The notes beneath the pieces were generated by a model. It worked only from the letters and a program-made list of their open reading frames with translations, had not been told where the DNA came from and made no database searches. DNA of 64,000 nucleotides from the NCBI GenBank assembly GCA_943787795.1, contig CALSNU010000004.1, positions 448,001 to 512,000 on the forward strand. The letters are read 5' to 3'. The translations under genes and the position numbers were made by a program. Of the stretch, positions 26,229 through 37,797 are shown piece after piece (the first letter of the stretch is position 1; every line of letters starts with the position of its first letter). This DNA comes from an uncultured bacterium (GTDB lineage: Bacteria; Planctomycetota; UBA1135; GCA-002686595).

Positions 26229-29200
26229 CTAGAGGCCGAAGAAGCCGAAGACGCGCCCGAAGAACCCCTTGCGCGGCGTCCCCGCCCGAGTCCTGACGTC
26301 GACCCGGCTCTGCTGCGCCTCGGAGCCGGCCTCGGGCGGCTGGTACCTGGGACGCTTGAGGTTGACCCGGCTCTGATCCACCTGCTCCCGGATCAACGCC
26401 CGCATCAACGCGTCCATCCGGGCCTGCGCGAGCTCCAGGGCCACCCGCCTGCGACGACGCTCCGCCTTTCCGGCCGCGTTCCGGCCCAGGAGCCCGGCGA
26501 CCTGGTCCACCCGGGTCTCCACCTCCCCGAGTTCGCGGGAGATCTGGACGAGAGCCGCCTGCGCGTCCTCAAAGGCGCTGATCCGCGCCAGGGTGAGGTG
26601 CGATCGGGCCGCCGCGGCGACCTCACCGCGCTGGCGAGCGAGGACGTCGCGCTCACGCCGCAGCGACTGGAGCAGCTTCACCGCCACGTCACCGTCGGGG
26701 TTGGCGAGCTCGCGCGCTCGCTCGATGTCCCCGAGCCCGAAGTGGTGCGTCCCCTCCAGCTCGAGGAGCGGGTCCTTGGCCATGGCCTTCACGATGGCCT
26801 TGAGCGCGGGAGGCAACTCGCTGTCCACGTGGGCGCTCCCGACCGCGAAGTCGACGGCGGCCTCCATCCCCGCGTACTTCGGCGTCCGGTCCCGGCCTCC
26901 GATCAGGCCGCCAAGACCGACCACGTCGGTCACGGACCCGACCGCTCGCAGCGGAGCCGCGGCGAGCGCGGCGGTGACGAGGCGCAGGAACGCCGCCGAG
27001 GCCTTGGCCGAGATCTCCGCCATCCCCATGGAGGACCCGCCGCCGAAGTCGAAGGACAGGGGCAGGCGGATCTCACCCTGCTCGTTCTTCAGGACAAAGA
27101 CGACGGTGTCCAGGGGCGCCGGGAGCTTGAGGAACCGCGAGATGGGTCCGCCCTCCGGCTCCGACAGTGAGAGGTGAGCGAAGCTCACGGTCGAGTCGAC
27201 GTGTCCGCCCCGCTTCCCGGCCAGGCGCGACCTGGAGTTGATGTCGAGCACGCCGTCGCCGATGTCGATACCGGATGCGATCGCCGCCCCTCGTAGGGCG
27301 GTCAACTCGAACCCCTGGATCGCGCCCTGAACCCAGCCAGACGTCGAGGGGTAGAAGGTCAGCTGTCCGGACGAGACCAGCTCCTTGAAGAGCGGGCGGT
27401 CCTCGTACTTGACGACCTCCGCCTCGCGGGAGGACATGGCGCCCGCCACGCCCTCCGCCACGCCGCGGAGCACAGAGGTCTGCTTGAGCCGCACGGGGAG
27501 GGAGACGTTCCCGCCGCCGAGCGAGAGCGAGAACCTCAGCGGACGCGGCTGCGTGAGCATCCGACTACTCAGCCCGCGGACCTCGGCGTCCATCGCCACG
27601 AGGGGAATCGAGAGCGTCGGCGTCACGGTCAGGTCCTCATAGAGGAGGTCCAGGTCCCGCAGCAGGAGGTCGTCGATGGTCACGTTCGCCGAGGGCCCTC
27701 CCGATCGGGCAGGCTGCGCCGCGCCCGCCACGCCGTCCCCCTGGGAACGCTCGGGCGGACCATCGCTCGCCTTCCCAGGCGCTGCACTCTCCTCGGCCGC
27801 GAGGACCTCCGCCACGTCGGCCTCTGCCCCAGCGTCCGTTTCGCTGGCCGAAGAGGCCGGCCCGGGCTCCGTACCGGGGGGCGCCGCCGGGTCCATCTTG
27901 GGTGTTGATTCGAGCTCAGCCGGCGAGTTCGCCACCGAGCTCGCCGCCGAGCTCGGATCAGAGTCCGCGGCCTCGTCCGTGTCCGCTGCGACCAGCATGC
28001 CGGCGATCTCCAGCCCGCCCTTGACCCTCCGCACCACCCCCTGGGGGTTCTCGATCTCGACCCGCCGAAACTGGTAGCGCCCGGAGCGCGGCGAGATATT
28101 CGCGGCGTCCAGGGACAGCAGGTCGAGCCCGAGGGTCACGGGACCGCCGGCCTTGCTACGGAGCGCGAGGTCGTTCACCTCGAGACCGAGGCCGAAGCCC
28201 CCCCTCAGGTCGAAGTCCAGGGGTCCGCCACGCCTCCACCTGAACTGACTGTGGATCGCCGCCGAGAAGCTGCCGCCCTCGAAGCCGGACTCCGCGCTGG
28301 CGACCTGACGCTCCGGGAAGACGGAGCGGAGAAAATCGCCGTCCAACCCCTCGATCTGGATCTTGGCGTCGAACTCCGGCTCGTTGTCGAAGGGAGTGAG
28401 CGCGAGATCCAGGCTGAGGCTGGCGCCGCCGGGCTGGGCGCTCGCGGTGATCGCGACCTCAACCGGCGGCGCTTCCTCCATGAAGTCCTCGGCCCCGAAC
28501 TCCACGGCGTCCTTCAGCGCGACCCGCGAGGTCACCACGAAGGGGTCGGCGCTGGCTCCCTCTGTGGACAGGCGGAGCTCCTTCAGGTCGAGGTCCAACG
28601 CTCCCAGGCGGACGCTGCGAAGACGTCGCCGCGCGGCGGGCTGGGGCGCCTCGCCCCCGCTGCTCGCGACCTCGCTGGCTCGGCTTGTACCGCCGGACTT
28701 GACTGCGCCGCTGGGCTCAACTGCGCCGCCGGGTGGATCTGTGCCGCCGGGTGGATCTGTACCGCCGGGCTCACTCCCGTCGCCAGGTTCAGGTGAGACC
28801 AGGTCGACGCCCGCGACCCGGAGGCCCCCATCGGACAGCCGCACGACCTCGAGCGCGAGGTCCTCGGCGGTCACCTCACCCACGTCGATCACCCCGCTGG
28901 CTCCGTCGAGGCGAGGCGCCGTGAACTTCAGGCTCGACGCCCCGAGGAGAGGCCGATCGGCGCCCCGTTCGCGCAGGTCCAGGTCATCGACCTGGATCGT
29001 CAGCGCGTCACCGCCCTGCTCGGGTTGGCTCCAGCTGCCGCGCACCCGCGCGCGCGCCACGCCGTCCGAAAAGCTCAGGGCCACCCCCTCGGGAAGAAAG
29101 CGCTCCAGCGCCTCTTCTCCAACCCCTTCCACGGCGAGCGCGAGCTCAAGCGAGGGTGCTGCCGGGTCCGGCCGAAGACTCCCTGAAGTGGACCACCGCG

Positions 29201-32107
29201 CTCCCCCCACCGCGAGCTGCGCGGAGCACTCAGCAGGCTGCGCTCCCGCGCCTGGCGCGAGCCCCTGTACCCCAAGGGAGGCGTTGAGGATGAGCGGCGG
29301 CTCCGCCGCCTCCCCGAGATCCACGAGCGTGACGCTGGCGCCGTCGACTCGGCCATCGTTGAGCGACAACCACCCCGATGGCGTCGGGAGGGCGGGCGCC
29401 ACATCCGGCTGGGTCCCCCGGGTCGGAGCCGGGCCCACCGCTGACTCCGGAGGGAGGACGTGCATGCCCAGCGCAGTCCATCCGCCGGCGGCATCTCTCT
29501 CCAGGCGGAGACGGGGCTCGGTGAGCCGCAGCGACTCGATGGCTGCGGTGACGTCTCCGCCGATGCGCATGCCCTCCACACGCAGCTCCTTGAGGTCGAG
29601 CCACTCCTTCACCTCGGAGCCGGCCTGGTCCGCCAGGCGCACAGGCCCCACGGCAAGGGCGAGCTCCGGGCGTCCCTCGACCGCACGGACGCCCAGCTCG
29701 AAGCGTCCATCCAGCGCACCATCCTGGAGCTCGGGCTCGACCCCCAGGAGCTCGAACCACTCCTTGACCGGGTCCAGGTTGAGTCCCCGCGCTGCGGTCG
29801 ACCCCCGGACGCGAAGGCCACCGTCCTCCAAACCGTCGAACCGAACCGAGGCGGAGAACTCACGCGCGACTCGAACCGTCCCGCTGGCCGAGGCCTCGAA
29901 GGACTCAGGGCCGGCGTCCGCGCCGTCCACGCGCCCCGCCTTCACGGTGATCGGACCGATCGAGATCGGCACCTCGCTGCTCTGGTCGCTGAAGAGATCG
30001 AGGCGCTCGAACTGGAGGTCGAGGCGTGGGAGCCAGACCTTGGGGACCACGAAGGGCTCGCTCGGTGCCGTCGTGGGCGCAGATGGAGCCGTCGCGACAG
30101 GTTCCCCGGTGATCGGGGCGGCAGTCTGCGCCGTCGTCGGCGCCGAAGGCCCGGAGGCCACGTTGAATCGCAGACCGACCGCCTCGACGGAATCATCGAG
30201 GCGACGGCGAACACGGCCACGGGCTCCGCCGAGGGAAGCCCGGATGCCGTCCTTGCCGCCCACCACGAACTCAGCCATGTCCATCGCCGCGAGCTCATCC
30301 CCCCCATCCGTCACCCTCAGCCCGCGAGCCGCGAAGGTGAGCCCGTCCACGTCGATCTTGTCGACCTCGAACGTTCCGCTCTCGAAGGCCGGCTCCATCC
30401 CCGCCATGGCGAGGTAGGGCGCCAGCTCCTCCGGGGTGAGTCCGGCGATCTTGATGCCGCCGCTCGCCTGGAAGCGCGGCGCGATCGACCCGATGGACCC
30501 GTCGACCCTGAGCTCCTCCGCGACCCCGGGGATGGTCGCCGAGAGTCGAACGGGGGACGGCGGCGCTCCCTCCTCGGACGAGATCGGTCCGGCGCTGATG
30601 GAGCCCAGCAGCGCGGTGATCCGGTGCCCCTCGCTGAGGTCACGGTCACTGAAGGACAGCCGCGAGTTCTTGAGCTCGGCGCGACTCAGCGACCATCGCA
30701 GAGGTGCCGCGCGGCCTGCCGCTGAGGGGCCTGCAGTTGGGGCGACGGTTGGCGTCTTGGCAGCGGCCGATGGCGGATCCGGCGGGGCTGGATTCGATGG
30801 GGCTGGTTCGATGGGGCTGGCTTCGATTGAGCCGACGTCGTCTGGCCCCCGGCAGCCGGCCCAATCCCCGCGAAGGTGAGTGTCCCATCGGCCTCGAGCG
30901 CGGCCTCGGCCAGGAGCCCGTCGATCAGGATGGAGTCGACGTCGAAGACGCCCTCCCCCAGGGTGTCCACCTTCACCTCGAAGTGCTCGAGACCAAACGC
31001 CTCGGTCTCGTCGGCGCGGACTGCGACGCGATCCAGGGTCAGCAGGGCGTCGAGTTGATTCGGGTTCGCCTCGAGGGGGCTCGCTTGCAGCTGCAACCTC
31101 GCCGCGCCGTCGAGGCGCTCCGCCCGCGGGTCGATCCCGGCCGCAGCGAGGAAGCCGAGCGCAGCCCCCGGGCGCAGGCCCGCCACGGTCAGCTCCAAGG
31201 ACAGATCGGCGCCTTGTGAGGAGAGCGCGCCGGTGCCGCGGAGACGGAGGAGGTCCAGGCATTCGGCGGAGACCGTCCGTAGATCGAGAGCGGCGGGCTC
31301 GCCCTCTGCCCCGACCCCGGTGAGGGTGAGCGAGGTGGTGCTGGTCAGGTCGACCGGCGGAAGCGCTTGGAGGTCTCGAACCCGCAGCCTGAAGTCCTGG
31401 ATCCGCACCTGGTCGACTTCGAAGGGCAGGTCGAAGAGGAGAGGCCCCGGCACGGATGGCTCAGGAGGCGCGGCTGGCGCTCCGCCCCCCGCGAACACGG
31501 CGAAGTTCCAGTCGCCTTCCGCGCCGCGATCCAGGTTCACGGCGGCTCCCTCAAGCACGAGCCGCTCCACGCGGAGGGCGCCCTTCAGGAGCGAGCTCAC
31601 GTCGAGGTCCAGCACCAGGGTCGACGCCGCGATCATGGGCTGAGCGTCCAGCGCGGTGACGCTCCCCCCATCCTCCGGGTCATCCTTCGGCGTCACGCTC
31701 AGTCCCTGGACCTCCACGCGTCCATCGACGAGCTGGAGCTGGAGGGAGGACCAATCCGCCTTCACCCCGCCCGCCGAGAGGGCCGCGCGCAGGGCCGGCT
31801 CCAGGCCGACACCGAGGACGACTCGCATCGCGACCACCAGCGCCGCGACCTTGAACAACCGGCGGCGCCAGCGGCCAGGCCGCTCGACCTTGGCTGCAGA
31901 GGCCCCCTCTGTCGCTGACCCAGCTGAGGGAGATTCGGCAGATCGAGACTTAGCCGGCGGGAACTCAGCCGAAGGGGACTCGCCGGCGGCCTCTTCCGCC
32001 GCAGCCGCCTCCGCAGCCGAGGACGGCTGAACAGCCGCGTCTCGGTCAGGGGCTCCTCGCCCGGACGCCGCGCCGTCGGCAGCGCCCTGATGGGTCGGTT
32101 CGCTCAC
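26229..32107 (-). CDS. Giant AsmA/DUF748-like envelope protein (~1960 codons), split by one frameshift at ~30806
   Basis: The N-terminal ORF 30686..32107 (TM anchor, LRVERLVLEG...DRGAEGDWNF) and the long ORF ending at 26229 join if 1 nt is restored in a 15-bp tandem repeat. Repeated beta-taco-like segments; C-terminal 'LKNEQGEIRLPL' and 'VDFAVGSA' OmpA-like part. Confidence 0.75.
28686..28770 (-). repeat. 18-bp in-frame tandem repeats encoding a (P)GGTDP/GAVEP linker
   Basis: ccgccgggtggatctgt repeated; protein EPGGTDPPGGTDPPGGAVEPSGAVKSGG. Confidence 0.7.
30783..30826 (-). repeat. 15-bp tandem repeat x3 whose middle copy is 14 bp (frameshift site)
   Basis: Minus strand: TCGAAGCCAGCCCCA / TCGAA-CCAGCCCCA / TCGAATCCAGCCCCG. 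Confidence 0.85.
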
Positions 32108-33679
32108 CGCTCCCCTCCCCCCGGCTGGGATCCGGCGTCGACCGGCGACCGCGCCTCGGACGTCGTGGGCGCCGCGCCGCGGGCGGCTGGCGCGTCGTTG
32201 GGCCCTGCCGCGCTCGTCCCTTCGGCCGCCGACATCCAGCGGCGGAGGGCCTGTCGGCGCTCCGGAGCTGGGCCCAGGGGGTCATACCCCGGCACGGTCA
32301 CCGAGAGGGTCCGGAGCCAGTCCGCCGCGCGAACCCGAGCTGCGGAGCTGGAGGACTCGAGCGCGATCTTGTTGTCCTCGATCATCCGCGACCGGAACGT
32401 GGCGATCGAGGTGCTGGCGACGATGGCGTCCTGCACCACGCCCAGTTGGCGCCCGGCGTCGCCAGTGAACTGGAGCAGCAGCGCGCTGTATTCCTCGCCG
32501 AGGGTGCCCTCTTCCAGGCCCTCCAGGAGCTCGATCAGCACGTCCCGCTCGAGGCGCCAGGCGAGCTCGTCCTTTTGACTCGCGAGGGCTCGCAGGACCT
32601 GCCGGTCCACGACCAGTCCATCCGTGAACTGCTTGAGCAGCCCGTCGTCGGCCAGCAGCGCGAACTCACCCGCGAGCTGCGAATTCGTGCTGCTCGCGAG
32701 GTTCATGAGCGCTGCGCGACTCGTAGCAGGGTCCGCGAGAGCATCGATGCTGTCCTGGAAACGGATCAGCTGGCGCTCCTGAAGCCGCAGCACCTGCCGG
32801 CGCTGGGTCCCCTCCAGCGCGGCGTCCCGGACCTCCGCGCGGACCCTCTTGACCTGATCTTCGAGGCCCGGCTCGGCCCCCCCCATGGGCTGCGCCTCGA
32901 GGATGAGCGCGATCCGGACATCGCCCTCGAGCTTGAAGGCCGGCTCGGTCATCAAGACCAGCGGGCTCCCGTCCAGGGGAAGCGCCTTGTCGAGAACCAG
33001 CACCTCGTCCCGCTGGACCTGGGTCACCTGCAGCTGGCCGCTGGCCCCATCGGAGAGGATGGTCTCCACCTGGTCCTGCACCGCGAGAGCCACCGAGAGC
33101 CCCGCCGTGGCGTCGCGGCCCTGCCACAGCTCGACCCCGAACTGACGGTCCACCAGCGCCTCCTGATGGAACTCGATCCCCCGAGCAAAGACGGAGTTCA
33201 TGCGCGTCGTGACCCCGGGCATGGAGATGCCGTTGAGGCGCGCCGTGCTCGCGCTCTGGGCCGGCGGGAGCGCCCTGAGCTCCTTGACGACTCGAGCCCC
33301 TTCCTCGCCTCCCAGGAGACGCGCGCCGAGCAGCACCTTGGGGTGAGCACCGACCGGCTCCGGCCCGTCGCTACCCAGGATCAACCGGACGTGCTGCGGG
33401 AGGGGTTCGGCCGTCTCCGGGATCGCCGCGCTGGTGATCAGGATCTCCAGGGAGACTCCCACGGCATCCCCACGTCGCAGAGACATGGAGACCGCCGCCC
33501 CCTCGTCCATGGGGCCCGCCACGGGGTCGCCGCCGTAGTAGGTGACAAAGGAGATCAGCTCAGGCTGTGGCAGCGGCTCCCCCGAGGCGGCGCAGCCGAC
33601 CCCAACGGCCCCTGTCGCCAGCACCAGAGCGGCCAGCGCTGAGTTGACGAGACGAGGGAGGAGAGAGGGGGGAGGTCAT
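32104..33679 (-). CDS. Hypothetical lipoprotein coupled to the AsmA-like gene; probable +1 frameshift near its start
   Basis: ORF from GTG 33624; the frame continues upstream as LPRLVNSALAALVLATGAVGVGC (signal peptide plus lipobox). ATG 33679 is off-frame by 1 across the G6 run at 33667-33672. GTGA overlap with the downstream gene. Confidence 0.7.
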
Positions 33680-33727
33680 GGTCGCGTGGCTGAACATAGC
33701 CGGGCCTCCCGCCAAGCGCCGACGAAG

Positions 33728-35220
33728 TCAGCGCTTCTCCAGCGACCGCCACAAGCCGGTCGCAACTTCCTTCGCGCTCTCCTCCTCGGAGAGCTTGTCG
33801 AGCCCGGCGCGGAGCGAGCGAGCGGCGACGGGAAGCAGCTCCTCTGCGACATCCGCGTAGACCCGTCGAACCAGGCTTGCCTCCGACGCGGGCTCCGGGC
33901 TGAGGGCTCGCACGAGGGACGCCTCGCGCCGAGCGCGGTGCTCCAGGTAGCGGTCCAGGAGCGCCGGCCCGTCGCTGACCACCGGCCCGTGAGCCGGGTG
34001 CATGACCTCCCCCGACCCCATGAGGTCTCGAACCCGCTCCAGGCTCGTGAGATACGTCGCCAGGTGCCCGTCCGGTGGATCGATCACGATGGTGGAGACC
34101 GTGGAGACGAGGTCTCCACCCAGGACCGCGCCGTAGCGCGACTCCCGGAAGACCAGGTGGCCGCGGGCGTGCCCCGGCGTGTGGAGCGCCGTCAGGACCC
34201 ACCCGGGCTCGCCGTCGGGGGCCTCGCCGAGGGGCAGTTCCACGCCGTCGCCGAGGGCCCTCGTGTTGTCCACCGCCAGGGCGAGCCGTGAGAGCGTCTG
34301 CTCGTGGGCGAGGACCGGGACGTCATAGCGGCGAGCGGTGGCCTCCACGGCCCCCCACGTGGTCAGGGTGGTGGTGCGTCACCAGAATGCCCACCAGCTC
34401 AGCGCCCGCTGCGCAGCGCTCGTCGATCAGGTCGAAGAGCCGCTGCTGCTCGGCCGGGTCGGTCGGCGCGGGGTCCACCACGTAGAGGCGCCGCTCCCCC
34501 ACCAGGTAGGCGTTGGTGGTCGTGGCCGGAGGCAGAGTACGCGTCGCCAGCGGCGCCATGAGGATCCCGGGGACGTTCCGGATCGGGTGCAGCCTGCCGC
34601 TCTCAAGCTCGCGGCTACGGCCCTCCATGGCCTCCAGGAAGCCCTCCAACCCGAGCTCGAGCAGCTGCTCGAGCATGTAGAGGACCGGCGGCGCCACCAA
34701 CCGCTCCCCGCGCCTCCAGGACGCCAGGAGGTCCGCGGGGCGCTCGAAGGCACCGTCGACGAGCTCTCCCTCCAGGATCACGGGCTCGAACCCATCGGGC
34801 GCCTCCACATGGAGGAAGCGTGTCCGATAGAGGACCGGGGCGAAGGGCGGCGTGGTGAGCCTCGCGAACGGGCGCGCAGCGAGGAGCACCCCGGGCGAGC
34901 GATCCAGGATCGCCCGGACGCGATCACCCGCCTGGTCGTCGGCTCGATCGAGCAGGGCCGGCACGCTCCGCCATGGCAGCCTCAGCCCCCGCCGGCGCGA
35001 AGCCGACCTCCTCGACCAGCTCACGGAGGGCGCAGCGCCGATGGGCGTCGTCGTGGTCCTCATCACCGTCGTGGTCACAGGGATCGACCACGCCACCGGG
35101 GAACGCCCAGTAGCCGCCGAAGAAGCGCAGCTTGGGCGAGCGGCGAACCACGAGGACCTCTGGATCGTCCTCTGGACCTCGCGTCACGAGGACGGCGGTG
35201 GCGATTCGAGTCCGTTTCAT
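33728..35220 (-). CDS. NUDIX + metallo-beta-lactamase (LACTB2-like) fusion protein, broken by two +1 frameshifts
   Basis: Three ORF pieces: FPGG...RELVEEVG (Nudix box); TRTLPPATTTNAY...THHHPDH; HTPGHARGH...GDLV...PAHG. Junctions at the G3 run 34955-34957 and the C6 run 34351-34356. Confidence 0.85.
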
Positions 35221-35229
35221 GGGCCGAGG

Positions 35230-35239
35230 AGTCTACGAT
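35230..35239. promoter_or_regulatory. Putative bidirectional promoter: back-to-back -10 hexamers TACGAT (+) and TAGACT (-)
   Basis: Only 27 bp separate the divergent ATGs at 35220 and 35248; the two TAnnnT hexamers share the central TA. Confidence 0.45.
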
Positions 35240-35247
35240 CAGCCGCC

Positions 35248-36438
35248 ATGCGCCGCGCCGCCCCTCGCCGATCCGCGCTCCGCTCTCCGCGGAGCGGCGC
35301 GGTCCTCCGCAAGGTCCTGCTCGCCCTCGTCGGGCTGGCGCTGATCTTCGAGACGGTTCCCCGCTGGTTCTCGATCCCTGGGCTCACACGGATCGAGCTG
35401 AACCCTCCCTACCTCGACAGCGCCGAGGACCGCGCGTTCGCGCCGCACCCCTACCTCCTCTACGCGCCCAAGCCCAACTACGGGCGCAGGGCTGACCCGG
35501 CGAGCCCGGGAGCCCGCAGCTTCGAGCACGGACCCCTGGGCTTTCGCGCCCCCGAGGTGACCCTCACCAAGCCGGAGGACACCCTGCGAATCGCCTGCGT
35601 CGGCGGCTCGAGCACCTACGGAACGGGTCCCTCCCGGGACGAGGCCACCTGGCCAGCCCGCCTCGGCGCCGCCCTCGCCGCAGGGCCCACGGGAGCCGTG
35701 GAGGTGCTCAACGCCGGCGTCCCCGCTTGGACGAGCTTCGAGTGCCTCACCGGCCTCGCCTTTCGCGTCCTCCCGATGCAGCCCGACGTGGTGCTCTTCT
35801 ACCTCTCGACGAACGACGCCGAGAGCGCCCTGTGGCCCGACCCTGTCGCGGACAACGTCCACTATCGGAGGGTGTGGCCGACCTTCCGCCCCTCGCCCCT
35901 CGAGTCCACCCTCGAGCGCAGCGTCCTGTACCTCGTGTGGCGCAGGTACTTCACCGATCACCTGCAGCAGCGGGCAGACCTTGGCTTCCAGTCGAAGCGC
36001 CTGCCCGAAGGCAGCGCTGGCGAGCGGCTGGCGCGCTACGAGGCGCCGGCGGTGGAGGGGCCCCTCCCGGACCAGGGCTTCGACAACTTCAGGCGCAACC
36101 TCCACTCCATGGTCGCCATGACCCGGGCCCACGGTGCCCGCCCAGTCCTGCTGACCCAGGCGATCTGGTCCGATGACCCCGACTCGAACCGGCTGCTGGA
36201 CGGCGCCCTACGGCTGCGCGCCCACCGCCGCATGACCGATGTTGTCCGGACCGTCGCCGCGGAGACCGGGGCGCCCCTGATCGAGGTCGCCGAGCACATG
36301 GAGGCGGCCGCCCGCGCCGAGGTGGACGCCACGGGGAGCCAGCAGATCTTCTCCGCCAACGTCCACCTGACCGACGCAGGCGCGGGGCGCCTTGCTGACC
36401 TCCTGGCCCTGGAGCTCGCGCGCCTCGGCCTGCTCTGA
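35248..36438 (+). CDS. SGNH/GDSL hydrolase family membrane-anchored protein
   Basis: TM anchor, PHPYL, GFRAPE, block I GGSSTYG, NAGV, TND; block V is ANVH (Asp of DxxH replaced). Confidence 0.8.
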   Translation: MRRAAPRRSALRSPRSGAVLRKVLLALVGLALIFETVPRWFSIPGLTRIELNPPYLDSAEDRAFAPHPYLLYAPKPNYGRRADPASPGARSFEHGPLGFRAPEVTLTKPEDTLRIACVGGSSTYGTGPSRDEATWPARLGAALAAGPTGAVEVLNAGVPAWTSFECLTGLAFRVLPMQPDVVLFYLSTNDAESALWPDPVADNVHYRRVWPTFRPSPLESTLERSVLYLVWRRYFTDHLQQRADLGFQSKRLPEGSAGERLARYEAPAVEGPLPDQGFDNFRRNLHSMVAMTRAHGARPVLLTQAIWSDDPDSNRLLDGALRLRAHRRMTDVVRTVAAETGAPLIEVAEHMEAAARAEVDATGSQQIFSANVHLTDAGAGRLADLLALELARLGLL

Positions 36439-36443
36439 ACGAT

Positions 36444-36476
36444 CCCTGAATCGGGAGCGACCTGCCCGATTCAGGG
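36444..36476. terminator. 12-bp perfect hairpin between the SGNH and GT4 genes
   Basis: CCCTGAATCGGG-N9-CCCGATTCAGGG; no clear U-tract. Confidence 0.45.
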
Positions 36477-36495
36477 GTGAATCAAGCTCGCACCC

Positions 36496-37593
36496 GTGCC
36501 ACATGAGCCCATGCCTGAGGCCATCGCCAGCGTCCGCGTGCTCCACCTGCTCCCCCACCAGGGCGTCGGGGGCCTCCAGCGCTCGGTCATCGACTTCGTG
36601 CGCCACGAGCGCATGGACGGCGCCACCGACGAGATCGTCCTCACGGAGCGGGCCCTCGACACCGACGGCGACTTCATGGCGCCGGCGACCCCCGTTCACT
36701 TCCTGGGGCTCACCGATGCCCGCCTCGCCGTCCGAGCCGCTCGCCTCGCCGACCTCGCCGCCTCCCGCGGCGCGAGGACCATTCACGCCTACACCTCGGC
36801 CGACCTACTGATCGCCGCGGCCGCTTGCAGCAGCCCAGGCGGGCCCCGGCTCATCGCAACCCTCTTCGAGCGGCCCACCGCCCAGGGCTTCCTCGACCGC
36901 CGACGGCTCCGCCGCGCCGTCCAGGCGGCCGACAAGCTGTTCGTCCCGACCCCGGCGCTCCGCGAAGACTGGCGCAGCCTTGGCCGTGAGCCCGAGGTTC
37001 GGCTCGCCGCCGTGGACATCCAGCGCTTTCACCCGCAGTCGTCCGAGGGCGCATGGAGCGGGGTCTTCCTGGAGGACCCCGAGACGCTGCTGGTCGGCTC
37101 ACTCATGCGCGCCACCCAGGACAAGGCCCCGGAGGTGCTGATCGAGGCCGTCGAGCGCCGGCAGGCCGCCGGGCGGCCAACGGCCCTGATGCTCGTCGGT
37201 GACGGCCCCCGTTTCGAAGCACTGAAGGCGCGGTCCAAGGGCTCCTCGACGCTCCACGTGCGACGACGAGTGCTCGACGCCCCGGGCTTCTTCGGACGCA
37301 TCGACGTCTTCGCGCTCCAGTGCCCCGACGAGCTCGTACCCGTGAGCCTGGTGGAGGCCCTCGCTTGCGGACGGCCCGCCGTGGTGGCCGACTCCGGTCC
37401 GGTGGCCGAGCTGGTCGGCGCCGATGTGGTGGACCTCGTCCCCCACGGCGACGTGGAGGCGGTGGTCAAGGCTCTCGACGGCCTGCACCTGCTGAGCCAG
37501 CGGAACGAGCGCGGCTTCGCCGCCCGTCAGCGCGCCGTGGAGCGCCACGCCCTCGGCAGGCTCCGGTCCGAGCTCAGCTCGGCCTACACCTGA
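36496..37593 (+). CDS. Glycosyltransferase family 4 (GT-B)
   Basis: VLHLL...GGLQR, IHAY, VDIQRFHP, LVGDGP, ELVPVSLVEALACG. Start at 36496 or 36511. Confidence 0.85.
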   Translation: MPHEPMPEAIASVRVLHLLPHQGVGGLQRSVIDFVRHERMDGATDEIVLTERALDTDGDFMAPATPVHFLGLTDARLAVRAARLADLAASRGARTIHAYTSADLLIAAAACSSPGGPRLIATLFERPTAQGFLDRRRLRRAVQAADKLFVPTPALREDWRSLGREPEVRLAAVDIQRFHPQSSEGAWSGVFLEDPETLLVGSLMRATQDKAPEVLIEAVERRQAAGRPTALMLVGDGPRFEALKARSKGSSTLHVRRRVLDAPGFFGRIDVFALQCPDELVPVSLVEALACGRPAVVADSGPVAELVGADVVDLVPHGDVEAVVKALDGLHLLSQRNERGFAARQRAVERHALGRLRSELSSAYT

Positions 37594-37797
37594 GCCCGGG
37601 CACCCGCTTCACGGGCCAGGGCGCAGGCTCGCCCATCCGGCGACGCACGCCCCCATGCGTGCCGCGTGCCCCCTCAAGCCGACCGCTCGGTTGAGGGGAC
37701 CGGCCGGAGCGGCGGCGGGTCATGCCGCGAGCCCATGGGATCAGCGAGGCGCTCTCCGGCGAACCCAGAAGCGATGGGGCAGGCGACGAGCGAAGGG

